From contig CAYUXD010000002.1 of assembly GCA_964448655.1 (NCBI GenBank), positions 1 through 38,095 on the forward strand: a stretch of DNA of 38,095 nucleotides, in the 5' to 3' direction. This DNA comes from an uncultured Eubacteriales bacterium (lineage in GTDB: Bacteria > Acidobacteriota > Aminicenantia > Aminicenantales > Aminicenantaceae). Both the position numbers and the translations under genes were made by a program. Under the pieces are notes generated by a model that was not told where the DNA came from, did no database searches, and saw nothing but the letters and a program-made list of their open reading frames with translations. Of the stretch, positions 27,025 to 35,147 are shown one piece after another; position 1 is the first letter of the stretch, and each line of letters starts with the position of its first letter.

Positions 27025-27753
27025 TTATTCATTCTCTCGGTTCTTCCTCTGTCTGACAACTTCATAAAGAAAAATCGAGGCAGCGGCTGAAACGTTAAGA
27101 GAAGTTATACTACCCCAGAGAGGAATAGAAAGAATTTTATCACATTTCTTCCTGATGAGAGGGCGTAATCCCTTCCCTTCAGAGCCCAAGACAAGGCCCA
27201 CAGGCAATTTATAATCAAACTCATACCAATATTCTTTGCCGGCGGCTTCTGCTCCCACAAGCCAAACTCCCCGGTTTTTCAAATCATCCATTGTTCTGGC
27301 CAAGTTTTTTACTCTGGCCACCTTCAGGTATTCCAGGGCTCCCGCCGATACCAAGGAAACCGCCTCTGATAAGCCAACAGATCTCCTTTCAGGCAGAATA
27401 ATTCCATCCGCGCCAGCTCCTTCAGCCGTGCGGATAATAGCTCCTAAGTTCTGGGGGTCTTCTATCCCATCCAGTAAAACAAGAAAGAGAACCTTTGCTG
27501 AAGACAATATAGCATCAAGAGAAGAAAATTCTTTCGGAGTCAGTAAAGCCACAACACCTTGATGGCTCCGGTCCAGCCTGTCAAGTTTTTGTTTGGGGAC
27601 GAAAAGAAGGGGAATATGATTGGCTTTAGCCAGTTGGATGATTTCGCTTATTTTCCTCTGTCTTTTTTCCCTCTGGATCAATATTTTGTTTACTCGATTG
27701 GGGCAAGATTTAACGATTTCTAAGAGAGGATTAAGGCGGCTTATTTTTTCCAT
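27025..27753 (-). CDS. rlmB: SpoU/TrmH-family RNA 2'-O-methyltransferase (RlmB-like)
   Basis: 242 aa. N-terminal substrate-binding domain, then DGIEDPQNLGAIIRTAEGAGADGIIL and LGSEGKGLR, and a C-terminal knot region with SLNVS.A..I.LYE. Confidence 0.8.
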   Translation of the reverse strand: MEKISRLNPLLEIVKSCPNRVNKILIQREKRQRKISEIIQLAKANHIPLLFVPKQKLDRLDRSHQGVVALLTPKEFSSLDAILSSAKVLFLVLLDGIEDPQNLGAIIRTAEGAGADGIILPERRSVGLSEAVSLVSAGALEYLKVARVKNLARTMDDLKNRGVWLVGAEAAGKEYWYEFDYKLPVGLVLGSEGKGLRPLIRKKCDKILSIPLWGSITSLNVSAAASIFLYEVVRQRKNRENE

Positions 27754-27908
27754 CGAAAATCATATTAATATCCATGATGATGCGAGTCAAGGAGACTCCA
27801 TCTTTTAGAAAAAAAGGCGTCAAAGAATATCCAAAGACGATGCAACTTTTCTTTCTCGTTTGACGTATATATAAGTGAGATTGAAAACAAATGATAAAGG
27901 AGATATAG

Positions 27909-28094
27909 ATGAGATTCAGAACAAAATTTGCGATTTTTTTAATGGCTGTTTTACTCACTTTTGTCGGATTTAACCTCATTGCTTTTTCACCAGCATTGGA
28001 TTTATTAAAACTCAGAAAAGAAGCTGGCAATGAAATCATAGCTAATTTTCTGGTTAAGGAAGAACCAATCACTAAACATTCCGGTAGTTCATAA
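27909..28094 (+). CDS. hypothetical small membrane protein (61 aa)
   Basis: Strong Shine-Dalgarno AAGGAG (27897-27902) 6 nt before the ATG. N-terminal TM helix FAIFLMAVLLTFVGFNLIAF. The only + strand coding candidate in the 19.5-kb - strand block. Confidence 0.4.
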   Translation: MRFRTKFAIFLMAVLLTFVGFNLIAFSPALDLLKLRKEAGNEIIANFLVKEEPITKHSGSS

Positions 28095-28233
28095 GGACGA
28101 GGCTCTTATGATAAAAATAATGAGAAGCGAAATCATCAAAATCTGGAATTGGTTGGTAATTGACTTTGAGAAGCTGATGCTCTCCACTTCCAAAGGTAGA
28201 TTAAGCCTTCAGACTCAACCGATTCCCATCCTT

Positions 28234-28282
28234 TAAGAGGCTGCGGTTTCTCCCAGGCGAGTAAATTGCAGCCTCTTTTTTT
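28234..28282 (+). terminator. candidate intrinsic terminator of the small + strand cassette
   Basis: Stem AAGAGGCTGC (28234-28243) pairs with GCAGCCTCTT (28268-28277) and is followed by a T-run to 28282. The loop is rather large at 24 nt. Confidence 0.45.
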
Positions 28283-28364
28283 ATCCTCTTCCCGCATTTT
28301 TCACCATTTATACTTAATTCTTAATTTCTAATTGAGGGGAATATAACAGAAGAGTGTGCTATTT

Positions 28365-28748
28365 AGGAAGCATCTCCATATCTGTTATAACTCGTTGCTA
28401 AGGCATAGGTTTTGGGAAATAGCCGCAGCGACCATTGAAGAAAGGCTCAGGCTATATGGCTCTAAAACACGTTGCTTTTGCCCCAGCGAGTCAAAAGCAA
28501 CTCGGATCAAGGCTTCGCTCTCCTCTCCTTCGGAGAGCAACCTTGCCCGCTCAGCCTCTCTCACGGTTTTTTCACCATACAGCCTTCGCCAGGCACGGGG
28601 ATCCGACGTAGTCGGGCGGCGAGTATGTCTGAGCAGGGCGAGTTACGCAGCCGCCGAGAAGAGCGAATGGAGAATGGCGTTAAAAATCTGAAGGGAGCTA
28701 GGCTATTTCCCAAAACCTTTCCTAATAACGGAAATGGAGATGCTTACT
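28365..28748. repeat. non-coding GC-rich element bounded by inverted repeats (candidate structured RNA or MITE)
   Basis: AAGCATCTCCAT (28368-28379) pairs with ATGGAGATGCTT (28734-28745). GGTTTTGGGAAATAGCC (28408-28424) pairs with GGCTATTTCCCAAAACC (28701-28717). The core holds local hairpins, for example GTTGCTTTTG/CAAAAGCAAC at 28471-28501. Hand count gives 109/180 G+C over 28501-28680. Confidence 0.45.
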
Positions 28749-28749
28749 G

Positions 28750-29229
28750 TTATTTCTTCTTGACAAGAACTTGAGCCCAGGAAGCAATAGCTACTCCCTG
28801 GCCTTCTGCACCCAGCCCTTCATTCGTCTTAGCTTTTATTCCCAAATCATCCTTTCCAACCCCAAGGATTGGGCACAAAACTTCTTTCATCTGAGGGATA
28901 TAAGGGGCTAATTTAGGCTTCTCAGCAATGATAATAGAATCGATACTTAGAATGTCCATATCCTTCTCGTTAATCATGCCGACAACCTTTATCAGTAACG
29001 CAGTACTTTGAATATCTTTATATCTTGGATCTGTGTCTGGGAAGATCTGTCCGATATCTTTCTCTCCTGCAGCCCCCAAGAGCGCATCTATAAGGGCATG
29101 AATCAAACAATCTCCATCAGAATGACCCTTCAGTCCCATTGGGAAATCAATCTCCACTCCCCCTAAAAAGAGTTTCCTCCCTTCCTCTAACCTGTGGATA
29201 TCATAACCAAGACCTGCTTTAATCCTCAA
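28750..29229 (-). CDS. ispF: 2-C-methyl-D-erythritol 2,4-cyclodiphosphate synthase
   Basis: 159 aa. Motifs GYD.H.L, GHSDGD...HA..DALLGA and IG..FPDTDP. Confidence 0.9.
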   Translation of the reverse strand: MRIKAGLGYDIHRLEEGRKLFLGGVEIDFPMGLKGHSDGDCLIHALIDALLGAAGEKDIGQIFPDTDPRYKDIQSTALLIKVVGMINEKDMDILSIDSIIIAEKPKLAPYIPQMKEVLCPILGVGKDDLGIKAKTNEGLGAEGQGVAIASWAQVLVKKK

Positions 29230-29884
29230 GGAAGGCCTCCGCTATTTTCAGATCTTCAGGAGTAGTAATCTTAATGTTCTTGGGATCTCCCTGAACGACG
29301 ACCACCTTCTTCCCTATTCTTTCCGCCAGGGATGCCTCATCCGTAGCATAAAAATTCTCTTCCTTTGCCTTATCCAGTGCCGCTTTAAGTATGGAGTAGG
29401 AAAATCCTTGAGGAGTTTGAACTCTGAAAAGCTGCTTTCTATCCAACGTTAGCCTCACTTCATCTCCCTCGACAATCTTAATCGTGTCCTCCACAGGAAT
29501 GGCGGGAACTGCAGCCCCAGCTTTCCGAGCTGCCTCGATGACCCGATCAATCAAGTCTTCACTGACTAACGATCTAACTCCATCATGAACAAGTACAATT
29601 TCCGCCTTCTCCGGGTCAATCTGGCGAAATCCCGAAAGAACAGAATCCTGTCTCCTTTTTCCTCCCTTGGCAACGGCAACAATTTTTCTGTAGCGTTTAA
29701 GATACTCTTTTTTGAGACCTGCGTCCTTTAGGACCAACACGATTGCTGTAACCTTCTTATGGGCTTCAAATATTTCCAAGCCCCGGTCTAAGACAGGCTT
29801 CCCTCCTAAAAGAGCAAATTGTTTGGAAAAACCAAAGCGCCTTCCTTCTCCAGCAGCAACGATGATAACCGTAACTTCGCTCAT
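29219..29884 (-). CDS. ispD: 2-C-methyl-D-erythritol 4-phosphate cytidylyltransferase
   Basis: 221 aa. N-terminal IIVAAGEGRRFG..KQF, with VLVHDGVR and QTPQGF motifs. Overlaps ispF by 11 nt. Confidence 0.9.
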   Translation of the reverse strand: MSEVTVIIVAAGEGRRFGFSKQFALLGGKPVLDRGLEIFEAHKKVTAIVLVLKDAGLKKEYLKRYRKIVAVAKGGKRRQDSVLSGFRQIDPEKAEIVLVHDGVRSLVSEDLIDRVIEAARKAGAAVPAIPVEDTIKIVEGDEVRLTLDRKQLFRVQTPQGFSYSILKAALDKAKEENFYATDEASLAERIGKKVVVVQGDPKNIKITTPEDLKIAEAFLED

Positions 29885-30870
29885 CGAGAGACGTCGTTAT
29901 AGCGTCCGAATATCATCTTACCGACTGTTGTCTGAAGAACAGATGTAACGGTTACGTCAATGTTCTGCCCGATCATCTTGCGTGAGTTATCGACCACAAC
30001 CATAGTTCCATCATCCAGGTAAGCCACTCCCTGGCCTTTTTCCTTTCCCTCCTTAAGAATAAAAACTTTTATTGTCTCTCCTGGTAAAACCACTGGTTTT
30101 AAAGCATTTGCGAGTTCATTGATGTTGAGAACATGGAGCCCCTGGAGTTGGGCTACTTTATTGAGGTTAAAATCGTTGGTGATGATTTTAGCATCCAGCT
30201 GCTTGGCTAATTCAATGAGCTTGGAATCCACATCTTTGACCTCAGGAAAATCCATCTCAGAAATTATGGTTGATACTTGAGATGATTTTTGGATATGATC
30301 CAGAACTTCCAGCCCTCTCCTCCCTCTCTGCCTTTTTATTCCATCAGGAGAATCAGCCACAAGTTGAAGCTCCTTGAGGATAAACTGGGGGATGACAAGA
30401 GTCCCACCGATAAATGCGGTGTCACAAATGTCTGCAATCCGTCCGTCAATAATAACGCTTGTATCGAGAATCTTATAACCGTGCCCTACATTCTTTTCTT
30501 TGAAAAAGCGGAAAAGATTCGGGGGATCAAGCCATTCCAACTTTCGAGTGCCGACTAAGAAACCAATGTAGGGCATGATGAGGAGAAAAAATATCCTGAT
30601 AAAAGTTGTTGTGGAATTATCGCTTGCAATCGTCTGATAAATAGAGCCTAAAGCCCAGCCTAAGAGAACGCCGGCAAAAGTTCCTATTGTCAAACTCCAG
30701 ATAATCTTAAACTGGCTTTTTCGAATCCTAGTCTCCAGGTAGACAATAACAATACTCAATATAAAACCAACAATCGCCCCATATTGAGGAGCTAAATTAA
30801 AAGGAGGGAAAAAATACCCTGCCAGGGTTATGAAAGCAATAATGAGAAAACTAAAAATAAAAATGCCCAT
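29881..30870 (-). CDS. yacL: membrane-anchored PIN + TRAM domain protein (YacL-like)
   Basis: 329 aa. About 4 N-terminal TM helices, a PIN domain (ILDTSVIIDGRI), and a C-terminal TRAM-like beta domain. radA-yacL-ispD-ispF synteny as in Firmicutes. Confidence 0.75.
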   Translation of the reverse strand: MGIFIFSFLIIAFITLAGYFFPPFNLAPQYGAIVGFILSIVIVYLETRIRKSQFKIIWSLTIGTFAGVLLGWALGSIYQTIASDNSTTTFIRIFFLLIMPYIGFLVGTRKLEWLDPPNLFRFFKEKNVGHGYKILDTSVIIDGRIADICDTAFIGGTLVIPQFILKELQLVADSPDGIKRQRGRRGLEVLDHIQKSSQVSTIISEMDFPEVKDVDSKLIELAKQLDAKIITNDFNLNKVAQLQGLHVLNINELANALKPVVLPGETIKVFILKEGKEKGQGVAYLDDGTMVVVDNSRKMIGQNIDVTVTSVLQTTVGKMIFGRYNDVSR

Positions 30871-30881
30871 TTTATTATTCC

Positions 30882-32246
30882 TTAAAATATAATGCTTAAT
30901 GCCTGTTTGACATTTTGGACGCCCCTAAGGTTCATATCCGGTATATCTTTTTTATTTATGCGAGAAAGGTTGCCCTGGGGCATAATGACAGTTTGAAAAC
31001 CAAGGGAGTGAGCTTCTTTCAGCCTGGCCAGAGGTTGACCTACAGAGCGAATTTCTCCGCTCAGGCCAGCTTCTCCAAAAACAATGACATCTGCAGGAAT
31101 TGCTCTGTTCTTCAGGCAGGAGACAACCGCCATTATCACTCCTAAATCTGTAGCAGGTTCGTCGATGGCAAGGCCGCCAGCAACGTTGACATAAATATCT
31201 TCTCCGGCAAAGCTAAAGCCAAGCTTTCTTTCGACGATAGCCAAAAGCATGGCGACTCGAAAATGATCGAGACCGATTGTCATCCTTCTCGGATTCCCAG
31301 TGAACAAGGTCGAAGAAACCAGAGCCTGGATCTCCGCCAATAAAGGACGGGAACCTTTGATAGTACAGATAACCACACTGCCTGCTTCTTTTGTTGGTCT
31401 CTCCTTTAAGAAAAAAGCAGAAGGATTTGAAATAGCCTGAAGCCCTCTCGCTCCCATCTCAAATATGGCAAGCTCGGAGACAGGCCCAAACCTATTTTTC
31501 AGAGCGCGAAGGACCCGATGACTGTGATCCCTTTCTCCCTCAAAATAGAGGACCACATCCACCATGTGCTCCAGAGCCTTAGGCCCAGCTAAGGAGCCTT
31601 CTTTGGTGATATGGCCAATAAGAAACGAGGAAACCTGGTTTTTCTTAGCATGCCGAAAAACCTGATTTGCTACCTCTCGAACTTGACTGATCGTACCCGG
31701 GCCAGAGGATAACTTCGAGGAAAAAATAGTCTGGACAGAATCCAAAACAAAAATTTGAGGATTCAGCTTTTCAGCATGGGCTATGATTCGTTCGAGGTTG
31801 GTTTCTGCCAATAAATACAGCTTTCCCAATTTTCCGTTTTGAAGGCCAAGCCTTTCGCCTCGAATCTTGATCTGCTCCAATGATTCTTCCCCCGATACAT
31901 ACAACACGCATTCGCCCTGGGCGGCAAAATCACGGCTCACTTGAAGAATAAGAGTTGACTTTCCCACACCCGGCTCACCCCCGATCAATACCAGAGATCC
32001 TGGGACAACTCCACCTCCAAGAACGGGATTTAACTCTTCAATTCCCGTCTTTATTCTGTCTCTTTTTGCCTCTTTTATTTTTTCGTAGAGGATAGGTTCT
32101 GAGGGCAGAAAAGAATATTCAGCAGTAACTTCCTCTTCCACTTCTTCAATCAGGGTATTCCACTCTCCACAACTGGGGCATCTGCCCAACCATTTAGGAG
32201 AATTGAAGCCACAATTCTGACATACAAAAGCTGTTTTTTGCTTCAT
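30882..32246 (-). CDS. radA: DNA repair protein RadA/Sms
   Basis: 454 aa. N-terminal zinc finger C.NCG....W.G.CP.C..W, Walker A GGEPGVGKSTL, a KNRFG motif and a Lon-like C-terminal domain. Confidence 0.9.
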   Translation of the reverse strand: MKQKTAFVCQNCGFNSPKWLGRCPSCGEWNTLIEEVEEEVTAEYSFLPSEPILYEKIKEAKRDRIKTGIEELNPVLGGGVVPGSLVLIGGEPGVGKSTLILQVSRDFAAQGECVLYVSGEESLEQIKIRGERLGLQNGKLGKLYLLAETNLERIIAHAEKLNPQIFVLDSVQTIFSSKLSSGPGTISQVREVANQVFRHAKKNQVSSFLIGHITKEGSLAGPKALEHMVDVVLYFEGERDHSHRVLRALKNRFGPVSELAIFEMGARGLQAISNPSAFFLKERPTKEAGSVVICTIKGSRPLLAEIQALVSSTLFTGNPRRMTIGLDHFRVAMLLAIVERKLGFSFAGEDIYVNVAGGLAIDEPATDLGVIMAVVSCLKNRAIPADVIVFGEAGLSGEIRSVGQPLARLKEAHSLGFQTVIMPQGNLSRINKKDIPDMNLRGVQNVKQALSIIF

Positions 32247-33556
32247 TAAAAGCCTAACTCCAGACCAAAGTACACTTCTCTCCTGGGAGTTAAAGTAAAA
32301 TTATCTACTCCAACAATAAAATCAAAAAACTCAGAGACTTCAAACCGAGCCCAAAACATGAAATGAGGACGTGGACGGCGGTTAAAATCAAAAATGTAAA
32401 AAATGAACCTTACCCGATCTCCAAACGCGTGGTAATCAACTCCCGCCCCAACTTTGGATTCCATAATAACAATTCTGGGGGCTATACCTCCCCACCTTAG
32501 CCCGAATTGGGAAGAGTAAACGAACTTATCCAGCCAGGGATCATGAATAACCTGAGCCAATATATACTTTTTTTCCGCTAACCACATATCAAGGGTAAAA
32601 TAATTCTTCAACAAACTGCTCTCTCCATAATACTCTGCTCTTAAGCCTCCGGAAAAGCGCAGATTGGAAACAGGATAAATCAATTTCTCTAGCTTCCCCA
32701 CTGCACCCTCTGCTCGCGCGTATAGCTCCGGCTGAGAAATAAGCTTCCCCAAAGTCCCTTCACCCTTGTTGATTTTCTCCAAAGATTCATTCAAAAGCTT
32801 CAAGGACTGTTCTATTTCTTTTATTAATTCTTGGATGTTATTCAGGTTTATTTTGACATTCTCCCTGTTCTCCTCAACCACATCTTTCAACATGAATATC
32901 AATTCGTCTATGTTCCGGGAGATCTCGTCAACTCTTTGGTCAAATTTCTGGACAGCTTGAGAAGAACTCTGGAGACCTTGGTGGAGCTCCTCTTTGTTTA
33001 CTCCGAAAAACTCCTTTAAATCCGCTGAAAAAGAAGAAAGGTTAGAGAGGGTATTCCTGAAATCGTCCCTCGATTCTTCTCCCCCGATGAGGTCACTTAT
33101 GGTCCTTCCCATCTCTTTAAACTCATTGCCTATCGAGAGTAACATTGTTCCCATCTGGTCAAAACTTACAGGGGGAACTCCTTCAAGGATATCTCCTGGC
33201 CCACAGATACCAGGGTCTGCTCCAGGCAAAATTTCAATATGTTTTTCCCCTAGAAGGCCTAAAGAAGCCAGCGTAGCTTTAGAACCTTGCGGCACTTCAA
33301 TCCCAGAGTTAATGTTCAATAAAACATTCGCCCGACTTCCCTTTAGTGTTATATCCTTGACATAACCAATCTTTACTCCCGCCATCCTGACTACGGCCCT
33401 TTCTTCCAAGCCAGCAGCAGTATCAAAAAAAACATTAAGGGAGTAACCCGGCTTTCTGAAAAGAACACTGAGGTCTCCTACGACGAACACGGCAACAGCA
33501 ACTATAAACAGTGCAATTGAAATAAATATTCCGATTTTTAGCTCCCTCTTCATCAT
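32246..33556 (-). CDS. MCE/MlaD-family protein with long coiled-coil and aromatic-rich C-terminal extension
   Basis: 436 aa. N-terminal TM helix, MCE domain (V.GL...A.V...GV.IG.V), a helical region, and a C-terminus ending VYFGLELGF. Adjacent to mlaF and mlaE. Confidence 0.8.
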   Translation of the reverse strand: MMKRELKIGIFISIALFIVAVAVFVVGDLSVLFRKPGYSLNVFFDTAAGLEERAVVRMAGVKIGYVKDITLKGSRANVLLNINSGIEVPQGSKATLASLGLLGEKHIEILPGADPGICGPGDILEGVPPVSFDQMGTMLLSIGNEFKEMGRTISDLIGGEESRDDFRNTLSNLSSFSADLKEFFGVNKEELHQGLQSSSQAVQKFDQRVDEISRNIDELIFMLKDVVEENRENVKINLNNIQELIKEIEQSLKLLNESLEKINKGEGTLGKLISQPELYARAEGAVGKLEKLIYPVSNLRFSGGLRAEYYGESSLLKNYFTLDMWLAEKKYILAQVIHDPWLDKFVYSSQFGLRWGGIAPRIVIMESKVGAGVDYHAFGDRVRFIFYIFDFNRRPRPHFMFWARFEVSEFFDFIVGVDNFTLTPRREVYFGLELGF

Positions 33557-33608
33557 CTTCTCCTTATTGCCTTTAAAGAAGAATCAGTCTTAATTTTAAC
33601 ATCATTTA

Positions 33609-34355
33609 TTACCAATTTTTAATAGGTCCCTCCGCTTGACCATGGATAAACTGCTGAACCACTTGATTGTCTGAGTTCTTAATTTCTTCAGGACTCCCTA
33701 TCTCAATAATCTGTCCCTCATAAAGCATCCCAATCCTGTCGGCAACTTTATAAGCACTGACCATATCGTGAGTTATGATAAGAGTAGCCACCTTCAATTC
33801 TTCCTTCATCCTGATCACTAAATCATTTATGGCATCTGCTCTGATCGGGTCGATACCTGTGGACGGCTCGTCATAGAGAATTATATCAGGTCGATAAGCA
33901 ATGGCCCGAGCCAGCCCCACTCTCTTTTTCATCCCTCCGCTTAACTCGTAAGGCATTAAGTCTTCAATTCCTATTAACCCGACTTTGGCCAGGCTGTCCT
34001 TAACCAATCCTTGGATTTCTTCTTGTGAAAAATCAGTGTATCTTTCCAGACCAAAGCTAACATTCTGACCAACTGTCATCGAGTCAAAAAGTGCTGATCC
34101 TTGAAAAAGCATCCCAAACCTTCTGGTAATTTTATGGAGCTCGTCATCTTTGAGGCTGGTGATATCCACTCCATCCACAAGAACCTTGCCCCTATCAGGC
34201 TTAAGAAGCCCGATTATGTGTTTAAGAAGAACGCTTTTTCCGCACCCGCTCTGGCCAATGATGACCAGAGTTTCTCCATGTTTAAGTCTAAGGTTTACTC
34301 CTTGAAGAACCTTGTTTTGACCAAAAGATTTATGAAGATCGACTACTCGAATCAT
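33609..34355 (-). CDS. mlaF: ABC transporter ATP-binding protein (MlaF-like)
   Basis: Walker A GQSGCGKS, signature LSGGMKKRVGLARA, Walker B ILYDEP. I prefer the start at 34355 (MIRVVDLHKSFG), 2 nt after the mlaE stop; the track start at 34556 overlaps mlaE by about 200 nt. Confidence 0.85.
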   Translation of the reverse strand: MIRVVDLHKSFGQNKVLQGVNLRLKHGETLVIIGQSGCGKSVLLKHIIGLLKPDRGKVLVDGVDITSLKDDELHKITRRFGMLFQGSALFDSMTVGQNVSFGLERYTDFSQEEIQGLVKDSLAKVGLIGIEDLMPYELSGGMKKRVGLARAIAYRPDIILYDEPSTGIDPIRADAINDLVIRMKEELKVATLIITHDMVSAYKVADRIGMLYEGQIIEIGSPEEIKNSDNQVVQQFIHGQAEGPIKNW

Positions 34356-34357
34356 AT

Positions 34358-35146
34358 TCAAAGATCCGCAGGGAGGGCCATGCTGAGAAAAAAGTTTACG
34401 ATTAAAATAAGGATGCTCGCTATGACAACTGTCCGCGTCGTAGCTCTTCCAACTCCTTCTGCTCCCCCTTCTGTTCTTAATCCCTGCCAGCAGCCTATTA
34501 AGGCAATAATAACTCCAAAAACTGCTGCTTTTATAAGCCCGCTCATGATATCCCATAATTCCATATAAAGCAACGTATTCTGGATGTAAAGAACCCTGTT
34601 TACTCCCATAAGGTAAGTATTATAGAAAAAGCCAGCAGCCATGCCGATTATATCCCCGTAGATTGTCAAACAAGGAAGCATGATCAAGGAAGCCAGGGTT
34701 CGGGGAACAACGAGGTAGCGCGTCGGATCAGCTCCCAAACTGAAGAGGGCATCGATCTGTTCTGTTATCTTCATCGTCCCAATCTCTGCAGCTATAGCTG
34801 AGCCCACTCGTCCCGAAACCATTAAACCTACCAGAATAGGGATCAACTCTTTGCTAAGACCTAGAGAAATGATCGGTCCTCCGTAAGTCTCTGACCCAGG
34901 ACCTATGTACCTGTGGAACCCTACGTATGTTTGGAGCCCAAAAACAAGACCGCCAAAGGCTGCGGTGAGAGAGACAACCGGGAGAGACCTGACGCCTATT
35001 TCCTCAAGCTGCTGAATGAATATTTTTTTCTCCCATGGTTTTTTAAAAAGATTCTTGAACGTTTGGAAAAACAGCAGCCCTACTTCTCCGACTTGTTGGA
35101 GGAAAGAATTAAAATAAAAAAGCGGAGATTTTGCTATTGGGAACAT
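34358..35146 (-). CDS. mlaE: ABC transporter permease (MlaE-like)
   Basis: Multi-pass membrane protein of the MlaE/Ttg2B pattern. I prefer the start at 35146 (MFPIAK...), 1 nt after the dnaB stop, over 35209. Confidence 0.8.
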   Translation of the reverse strand: MFPIAKSPLFYFNSFLQQVGEVGLLFFQTFKNLFKKPWEKKIFIQQLEEIGVRSLPVVSLTAAFGGLVFGLQTYVGFHRYIGPGSETYGGPIISLGLSKELIPILVGLMVSGRVGSAIAAEIGTMKITEQIDALFSLGADPTRYLVVPRTLASLIMLPCLTIYGDIIGMAAGFFYNTYLMGVNRVLYIQNTLLYMELWDIMSGLIKAAVFGVIIALIGCWQGLRTEGGAEGVGRATTRTVVIASILILIVNFFLSMALPADL

Positions 35147-35147
35147 T

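Noticed and set aside
27731-28072. 113-aa - strand ORF overlapping the rlmB start and antisense to the 61-aa ORF
   Set aside because: It overlaps the rlmB 5' end, has no Shine-Dalgarno and has an implausible low-complexity sequence. The + strand 61-aa ORF has much better translation signals.
28356-28774. Two overlapping + strand ORFs (111 aa at 28356-28691 and 100 aa at 28472-28774) in the ispF-rlmB gap
   Set aside because: They have no Shine-Dalgarno. Their Ser/Arg/Ala/Leu-rich composition is typical of random frames in GC-rich DNA. They overlap each other and the ispF 3' end, and they coincide with the hairpin-rich inverted-repeat element. They are treated as non-coding.
34356-34556. N-terminal 67 codons of the track ORF for mlaF (and similar 5' extensions for mlaE, both M16 peptidases, the anti-sigma factor, kdsA and the bactofilin)
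   Set aside because: The extensions overlap the upstream gene and lack a Shine-Dalgarno. Internal Met codons sit right after the upstream stop or behind a strong Shine-Dalgarno and begin the conserved or signal-peptide sequence.
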